Assembly (NCBI RefSeq): GCF_963506605.1
Contig: NC_083277.1
Span: 118,420,001 to 118,484,000 of the forward strand
DNA: 64,000 nucleotides
DNA from: Zootoca vivipara
Lineage: Eukaryota
Direction of reading: 5' to 3'
A program made the translations under genes and the position numbers. Position 1 is the first letter of the stretch; every line of letters begins with the position of its first letter. Below are positions 53,748 to 64,000 of this stretch, piece after piece. Under the pieces are notes generated by a model, which saw only the letters and a list, made by a program, of their open reading frames with translations, ran no database searches and was not told the DNA's origin.

Positions 53748-54197
53748 ATTACAGGGGAGAATAAAAAATGGATGAAATTTTAAAGGGTGGGGTGCAGAGC
53801 TTGCTACATGCCTACCTTGTTACTTCTGAAATGACCAAGTCATGCTTTGGGTGTCTTGATGAGCCAGCCAGCTCATTAGCAGTCTGCCCTTTGCAGCATT
53901 CCCAATGCCCACATTGCCATTAAAACTCAAGGAAGGCAGCATCGGGGTAGCTCCTCTGATAGGGATTTTTTTTCAGATCTGGAGCTTGCAGCAATGTTTG
54001 ATGGAAAGAAAAGCACAGACACCACCCTTGACTGAAGCAGCAAAATGGAAGCCTCTTTGGCAAGTGAAGAAAACTTGTGAAATGGGGGAAGAGATTGTGG
54101 CAGAACAATACGTCAAGGCTAAAAGGTAGTGGGAGACAAATCTTTAAAAGGTAGAAATAAAAGAATAGCCCAAGGGTCTAGTGACACTGGTCTATAT

Positions 54198-54324
54198 AGT
54201 GCGGCCCTCCAGATGTTTTGGCCTGCAACTCCCATGATCCCTAGCTAACAGGACCAGTGGTCAGGGAAGATGGGAACTGTAGTCCAAAACATCTGGAGGG
54301 AGGGCTGAAGTTTGGGGATGTCTG
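54198..54324. mobile_element. hAT MITE family A lacking its left TIR
   Basis: TSD gtctatat on both sides, but the caggcatccccaaac terminus is missing. Confidence 0.75.
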
Positions 54325-56978
54325 GTCTATATACTAAGATGCCTTTGAAGTGGCTCATCCACTTCTTGGTCAGGGCTGTACTTTTCTACATATTTAGTAA
54401 CTTTCTGCTGCTGGTGCTGCCTTGAGAATAGAATAGCAAGCCCTTTTGCTTCTTGAAGACAAACCACTGCTTCAGTGTGTGATGTGGGCAACCAAGGCCT
54501 TGGAAATCTGGAGGCTGCTCTGGCAACTAGAAGACCCAGAGGGCCACTTCAGTCTACTTTTTTGTTCACTAAATTTCCACTTAGGCCAAGGCTTGCTTGC
54601 TTGGTAGCTTGAGAAAGGAACTGCTCTTTAATCCAGAGAATTTGCAACAGCATCTTTCCTTGCTCTTTGCCACTCTTGTGAGCTTTGCATTTCTTGTGTT
54701 TGAAGAACCAGAAAACAAGATCAAAAACATCCCATTAGAGACATCCTGTGTTAAATGGAGAAGCACATGGGACTGAATAATTGTCGGCTAGGATATAATT
54801 ACTGTTTTGAAACCAAATAAGATGGTGGAAGCTGGCTGAATACATGTCATTGCATAAACACCCTAAGATATCAATTCAGTACTTTCCTAACTACTCTCAT
54901 TTCCTATCTCACTCTATCTGGATAAATATAAAAAAATTGTGCAGTAGCACCTTAGAGAGATTGCTTTTGCTGTTAATGTTGTGCAAATGCAGTACAGAGC
55001 TTCATGTTTCAGCCTCCTGTTCCAGGTCTCTTTGGATTCTTAGGCCAGTAGTACACAACTAGGAGCTCACTTTAAGACTGATCTTGCATTGTTAACTGGG
55101 CCTCTACCTTCTGATGCACACCTGAAATAAACTCTCCAGAGGGTGCAGTAGATCATGTTCAAATATGTGATGAGACAAATTATAAAACATCATTTAAAAA
55201 AACCAAACCATTTAGTTCAATTTACAAAAGTTAGTTTCTCCATGTCAGTACAATGGTTTTGTCACTGCTTGAGTTCACCTTATGTGCAGACCAGACAGCT
55301 GCAGGTAACAGGAGCTGCCATCCAGAATGTCCAGAGGGCATGAGGTTGGGGAAAGCTAGATTAGTTATTGAAACAAAATTTACATACCACTTATTTGAAC
55401 AAAATACATTTGAAATTCTTCATTAAAATATTGTTAAAATCATTAGAAACAAGTTACATTAAAAATTAAAACCAGTAACTGCACAACTCTTATACTTTAA
55501 ACTAGATCACATGCTAAAATTACATGGCTAGGTAGTCGCAGAAACTGAAAGGTTCTTAGCAGGCGCTGAAAACAATACAAAGGCAGCATCTGCCTAATAT
55601 CAATGGGCAGTGAGTTCCAGAGTATAGGAGCTGCCACACTAAGTAACTGGTTTCCTGCAAGTGCAGAGGAAACGCTTTACAAGTGCCAGTTTTGCAAATC
55701 TAAATGGTATGTATTCTCTACTGATGGCAGGGTGTACTTTGGCTGAATTGGCAAATTGGTAAAACTCTACAGATACATGGGGGGGGGGGGTTTCTCCATT
55801 CATTCACTTTCCATTAGTGCCTCTGTTCATCTGCAGATGCTATATATCTGGGGTCTAGTGCGAGGGCTTAAAGGCATCCATGGCAGCAGAGAAGCAGAGT
55901 GTGGTGACCAAAGTTGATGGACAAAATAGTTGTCAAGGAGAGGGGCAGTTTTTTAATAGTGCAGCTTCTTCCACCCCTGCACCTCTTCTACCATACCCAT
56001 TTGGACAGGGCAAGAGCCTTTGGCTTCCTCTTGCATCTGTTACCCATACCACTAAAAGTAAAACAACAACAAGAAGAAGCATTATTTGCACAATTGCTGA
56101 CTTTATGCTGTGTGTGTGTTTTCTCAATTTTCCATCCTGTGTTTTGAAAAGCAGCTCTGATTTTTAAAATGGATTCTTTTGCTTGACAAATTATTGTTTG
56201 TGCTTCTTTTCCCACAATTCCCATCTTGCCAGTCCCCACAACAAAGCAGTAAACTAAGTCTGGTAGAAGTTTGATATGTCCGAAAGGCTCAAACAGGTCA
56301 CCTGGTGGAATACCATTACTGCACTTCCTCCCAAATCTATTGGCCATATCCACAGCTGAATTTTAGACTCAACTTAGATACAGTATGTTGTAAACAGCAC
56401 CTTCCCTTCCCTGACACAAGGTGAAATAGTACAGTACTGTATTCTGCTTTTTCGTGCTATACTCATTTCCCCAAGGCCCTCTGCCATGTATTTGGTTATT
56501 GGGGGGGGGTCCTCTAAATTATTTGCCTTTCCAGCTTATTAAAATTCATGACTCAAAGCCGAAGCATAGGATATAATTGGTGTAAATACATCATCCATGT
56601 GATGATCTTGCAGCAGTATAATTTGTATGTTAAGAGAAGAGCACTCAAAGGGTGCACTCAAACTAGATCCTTCAAAGGAATGGGGATCTGCCAAAATATG
56701 CATATATTCAACAAAGTGCTTCAACAGCTACCGGTAGTTGAAAACATTATATGGAGGCAGGAACCAGACCATGCTCCAGGACATTGGGGGAGGGGGGCGC
56801 AGACACACAGGATTCCTGCCAACACACCAGGTGGCTGCAGCCCAAACATGCTTTTTCATCTTCCATTTCACTTTCCCCAAATCATTCTCCAGCTAGAAAA
56901 TGGGCAAAAGGTCCCCTAATGACAGGAAAGTAAAAACACCTGTGCTAGGGGAAGGATTGCTCACCAAATCTTTATACT

Positions 56979-57160
56979 GTAGTGCTTTAGAGACCAACTA
57001 CCGGTAAGTTTGTTCTGGGTATAAGCTTCCATGTGTATGCACACAAAAACTTATACCCGGAACAAACTTACCGTAGTTGGTCTCCAAGTTGCTACTGGAC
57101 CATTTTTTTATTTTATTTTTGTACTGCAGTAAGACCAACACAGCTACCTACCTGAATCTA
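56979..57160. mobile_element. Palindromic Penelope-like remnant
   Basis: Arms gagaccaacta...ggtataag / cttataccc...tagttggtctc around gtgtatgcacac; ends gctacctacctgaatctag. Confidence 0.65.
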
Positions 57161-57566
57161 GATTTATAGTGCTTATTATCATTCTTTTTACACTTTGAGA
57201 CAGGTTGGCAGCCAAGTGTTTGGGTGCTTCATGTGCTGAAGTTGACAACAAGTAATGTCCAAACTGACAACCTATCACATTCCCAGCACCACATATGTTT
57301 TGTTAGGCTCAGGAGCTTATCCAGAGGACCATGACAATACAGCTGCAATTAAAACTTAAGAGTGCAGTAGATCAAAGACATCACTTTATAGAAAGTTGTC
57401 ATCTTTGATAACCATGAATATCAGCAGCAAAAACAAATGAAAAATGATTTGAAAGCACACATGCCATATGACCTCAATTTCTACAAACTGTAGGAAAGGG
57501 GAAAGCAAGGATTGTTGAGGCAACAGCAATCAGCCGATTGCCAGCTCTTTTCTGGAAGGTGTGGGT

Positions 57567-57582
57567 GGCTCTGAAAAGAGCC
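57567..57582 (-). terminator. Histone stem-loop of H2A #2
   Basis: GGCTCT-TTTC-AGAGCC; HDE AAAAGAGCTG at 57551-57542. Confidence 0.95.
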
Positions 57583-57628
57583 TTTGGTTCAGTTTCAACG
57601 AGAACTGCGTGGCCCAGAAAGAGCAGCT

Positions 57629-58330
<702 letters not shown>

Positions 58331-59745
58331 AGCTCCCTGCTCCGATCTTCCGCGGCTTGTGCTTCAGTCGTCTGACAGAAGGGGTGGGAGTGTTTCTAAT
58401 GCGTGAGGTGTGCTTTGATGAATAAAATACAGTACAGTAGTTTAAGTTATGCCGCGAATACTTGTTTCTGTCGTGTGCGCGCTAAATTTCGCCCTAGAGT
58501 TAATGTGTCAGCTTTGGTCTCGTGAGCAGCTGGTCAATTATAGATGTATCCTTTTAATTATTATCATAATCATTGTTAATTTTATTACTCGCCCTTAACA
58601 CGCAGGTCCCAGAGATGTGCGTAATAGAGGTGCGTAATGAAGCTCCGCTCCACGCTGGTGGAGCTTAGTTTAGAGGGGACAAAGGTCTGCCTTGTGTCCA
58701 AGCAGATCCACCTTGTAGAACCTGATTGAGAGTGTATGTGTCCTGGGAAATAGGGGGTCACATTCAAACAAGATCGCCAACCATGATTCTAGATTCAGGT
58801 AGGTAGCCGTGCTGGTCTGACGCAGTCGAAATAAATAAAATAGGTGCTACTGGACAATTTTTTAATTATTTATTTAGATCGCCAACATTACTCTGTATGA
58901 GGAGACAGAACTCAGTCCATGTTGACGATTAAGTTCCATCAGTAGAAGTTGAATTTTACTAGATTCTAGAACTTGGGTGGAAGAGCATGCTTTACCTTGG
59001 CTTTAACGGAACTACTGAATTGGGGGGGGGGATGTTTATTGCAGGAAATACACGTTATACTGGAAATGTCCTAGTTCTAACTACTAGGACTACTAGTTCT
59101 AACTACTAGTACCTCAGTTCGGGAATGCAGCAAGCCATACTTGCTGTCACATCTCTGCAGGAAAAACACAAAAATTTCCTCCTACTACTAACGTGAGGAT
59201 GAAGAAGAAAGGAATTAGGTAATGAGGGAACCAACTCTAAGAGTATCCCTCAAACCTGAAGAAAGGCTGTTAAAGGAGGGACTAGACTAGAGCTGCCCTC
59301 TCATGTAGGTACATCAACCTTCAGCGTAAGCTGGGTTGTATTCCGACACTTGATGGGATGACATTACAAAGCAGCTTTCATATGCTTAGATTGTACCATT
59401 ATCCTAGTAGTGGTCAGAGTTTTCAGGGACCCTACAAAGAAATGAAGGGGGAGAAAGTGAATTGCACGTCATAAAAATACCTTTCTACGCCTGCTCAAAA
59501 GCAGAGAAGGCGCCAAGTACGCCTCAGTTAAATTGTTGCAGCTAATTTATTACTGGCTGTTTTGAAATACTGTTGCGTTTTATTGGAGAAGCTTCCTTAG
59601 CATTGCCCTATAGCGTTGTTGTAACTGTATACGCTCATGTGTTCACTCCCCGCTCGTCCCTCCCCTCACAGTTTTCCTTCAGGTCGGCTTACAGACTATA
59701 TAAACTGAAACTGCTCTCTGTCGCTTTCATTTATAAGGTGTTTGA

Positions 59746-60066
<321 letters not shown>

Positions 60067-60118
60067 AATTAGGCAATGCCGTAGTAGCATTAGCAGTTAC
60101 CCCCCACAAAAAACAAAA

Positions 60119-60134
60119 GGCCCTTTTAAGGGCC
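60119..60134 (+). terminator. Histone stem-loop of H4 #2
   Basis: GGCCCT-TTTA-AGGGCC; HDE AAAAGAGTTG at 60150-60159. Confidence 0.95.
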
Positions 60135-60346
60135 ATCCACGTTTTCATCAAAAGAGTTGTGCTGCCGCTTATGTTTATACTACCATTTCTAAATCCTATT
60201 GCAGATCATGTGCAGCGAAGCAAAAATGTTACTCCCCTTGAAATAAGTCAAAAGCTCCTTGCGCGGGGTGGGGGTAAAGGTACTTAATTACGAACGCATT
60301 TCACTACGGTAGTGATTTTTTCCAGCCTTTTACGGTATTTGTGGGT

Positions 60347-60362
60347 GGCTCTTAAAAGAGCC
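60347..60362 (-). terminator. Histone stem-loop of H2A #3
   Basis: GGCTCT-TTTA-AGAGCC; HDE AAAAGGCTGG at ~60331-60322. Confidence 0.95.
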
Positions 60363-60407
60363 TTTTTTATGCAGATGTACGTTTTGTTGGGTGAAGAGCC
60401 CGCTTCC

Positions 60408-61599
<1,192 letters not shown>

Positions 61600-61638
61600 G
61601 CAGATTGTGCTGCTGAGTAAGGCCACCCAGAACCCAAA

Positions 61639-61654
61639 GGCTCTTTTAAGAGCC
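61639..61654 (+). terminator. Histone stem-loop of H2B #2
   Basis: GGCTCT-TTTA-AGAGCC followed by ACCCA; purine-rich HDE at ~61669-61677. Confidence 0.95.
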
Positions 61655-62581
61655 ACCCACTTTTCTTATAAGAGAGCGAGTCGCTTGTCTCCAAACTGCA
61701 GTATGTTTACCTGGCACGTTGGCGTCCTTTCCCCCCTCCCTTCTTGCAATAAAAGGCAATGACTTACATTTCCCCAGAAATACTTACTGCGGCAACCTAT
61801 CAAACAAGTGCAACGTTTCCCTCTTTCCGCCCATCCTCCGTTACATCATTTCGTAGATTGTTTTGCAGCCACACTGTTCTGGATTTTGCTTTTGGCACAG
61901 GAATTTCAGATTAGTACTGCCTTAATATCTTTTTTAAAATGCTACAATTTTGAAAAAAAAAGCCCTAATCTCCATAAACTGAATCTAGGTATATAGCTTG
62001 CAGTAGGTTACGTTCTGCGAAGATTGTCCCGCTAGTTAGAACACCTTAGCACCTCGTCCGTTTTAGGGGCAGAGAAACTGACTTGAATGCTCCGTCCTTC
62101 GACCTGTATGCAATTCATCAATACCTGGGCAAGTAGGATCGATCTAGTCATGGGGAGGGTCCTGTTCGCTCGCTGCTCCCGATTCACTCCCCCAAAGAAT
62201 CGGCTCAGCGGGAGCCTTTATTTAAGTCTTGAGACAACAGTCACTTTGCATATGGATTGTTGGTGTCCTGCTGGGCACTTTTCTAAGCTTCAGAGATCCT
62301 GGTTGCGTGGGGCGCGGGTGGGGACACTGGAGGCATAGCATCCTCAACAGGCTTCCTAGGAAAATGATATGGCGCGGAGCGGGGGGAGCCCTATGTAACA
62401 AGTGCAAGCGGCTTCCGTATTAGGAAGAATATGATCGCTACAGAATAAACAGTGCGATCCCTGTTCCCTTGGTGTTTTTACAGCCCTCTTCTATGACGTT
62501 CTCTATACTGCCACCTAATGGGCATATGCAGAGTTGATCGAAATATGGTCTGCAGAGGGGCCAGCTGGATTCTACCTCAAT

Positions 62582-64000
62582 GTTGTTGTTGTTTAGTCGT
62601 TTAGTCGTGTCAGACTCTTTGTGACCCCATGGACCAGAGCACGCCGGGGACTCCTGTCTTCCACTGCCTCCCGCAGTTTGGTCAGACTCATGTTCCTGGC
62701 TTCGAGAACACTGTCCAATCATCTCATCCTCTGTCATCCCCTTCTCCTTGTGCCCTCCATCTTTCCCAACATCAGGGTCTTTTCCAGGGAGTCTTCTCTT
62801 CTCATGAGGTGGCCAAAGTATTGGAGCCTCAGCTTCACAATCTGTCCTTCTAGTGAGCACTCAGGGCTGATTTCCTTCAGAATGGATAGGTTTGATCTTC
62901 TTGCAGTCCATGGGACTCTCAAGAGTCTCCTCCAGCACCATAATTCAAAAGCATCAATTCTTCGGTGATCAGCCTTCTTTATGGTCCAGCTCTCACTTCC
63001 ATACATCGCTACTGGGAAAACCATAGCTTTAACTATACAGACCTTTGTCGGCAAGGTGATGTCTCTGCTTTTTAAGATGCTGTCTAGGTTTGTCATTCCT
63101 TTTCTCCCAAAAAACAGGCGTCTTTTAATTTCATGACTGCTGTCACCATCTGCAGTGATCATGGAACCCAAGAAAGTAAAATCTCTCACTGCCTCCATTT
63201 CTTCCCCTTCTATTTCCCAGGAGGTGATGGGACCAGTGGCCATGATCCATATCCAGTTCTAACTGTAGCTTCTTGTCCCACATAGAGATTTCTCAGGAGA
63301 CAGATGAGGTGATCAGGCACTCCCATTTCTTTAAGAACTTGACATAGTTTACTGTGGTCTACACAGTCAAATGCTTTTGCGTAGTCAATGAAGGAGAAGT
63401 AGATGTTTTTCTGGAACTCTCTAGCTTTCTCCATAATCCAGCGCATGTTTGCAATTGGGTCTCTGGTTCCTCTGCCCCTTTGAAATCCACCTTGTACTTC
63501 TGGGAGTTCTCTGCTTAAGCCTGCCTTGTAGAATTTTAAGCATAACCTTGCTAGCGTGTGTATTCTTGCCACCTCTTCTTGATGTCTTCTGCTTCTGTTA
63601 GGTCCTTACCACTTTTGTCCTTTATTATGGTAATATTTGTACGAAATGTTCCTTTCATATCTCCAATTTTCTTGAACAGATCTCTGGTTTTTCCCATTCT
63701 GTGGTTACCCTCTATTTCTTTGCATTGCTCATTTAAGAAGGGCCTCTTGTCTCTCCTTGCTATTTTTTGGAAGTCTGCATCCAATTTCCTGTATCTTTCA
63801 CAATCTCCCTCACATTTTGCTTGCCTCCCCCCCCCCCACCGCTATTTGTAAGGCCTCATTGGACAGCCACTTTGCTTTCTTGCATTTCCTTTTCCTTGGG
63901 ATGGTTTTCTTGCTGCCTCCTGTATAATGTTACGAGCCTCTATCCATAGCTCTTCAGGCACTCTGTCCACCAAATCTAAATCCTTAAACCTGTTCCTCAC
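62582..64000 (-). mobile_element. BovB LINE with internal deletions, extending beyond the window
   Basis: RT peptides (FIDYAKAFDCVDH, FLGSMITADGDSSHEIKRR) and a (CAA)n tail at 62582. The junction near 63247 skips the NLRYAD segment present in the 8744 copy. Confidence 0.95.

Overview
This is vertebrate genomic DNA, almost certainly a squamate and probably a lacertid lizard, judged from BovB/RTE LINEs, Sauria- and Squam3-type SINEs, L2/CR1, Penelope remnants and hAT/Tc1-mariner MITEs. It has three gene-level components. (1) On the minus strand, a CpG-island first coding exon (20823-20895) encodes a signal peptide that best fits COL5A3; its intron 1 appears to occupy the left 20 kb. (2) A complete six-exon RDH8 (photoreceptor retinol dehydrogenase) lies on the plus strand, 28919-39750, 316 aa, head-to-head with COL5A3 as in human 19p13. 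(3) A replication-dependent histone cluster starts about 6 kb downstream of RDH8 (46.0-61.7 kb): H4-, H2B-, H2A+, H3.2+, H2A-, H4+, H2A(2-B-like)-, H2B+. All eight genes have 3' stem-loops, and no H1 is seen. The cluster is partly mirror-symmetric, shows signs of gene conversion, includes a half-deleted H2A/H2B bidirectional promoter whose H2B is gone, and carries an H2AC21-like H2A. Other observations are a hammerhead-ribozyme-like core inside an inverted repeat, transposon excision footprints provable from in-window sister copies, Helitron-borne and intergenic CTCF-like motifs, and a CpG-rich hAT element in RDH8 intron 5. There is one 146-nt assembly gap. Coordinates were counted by hand; repeat family names come from recognition, not database searches.
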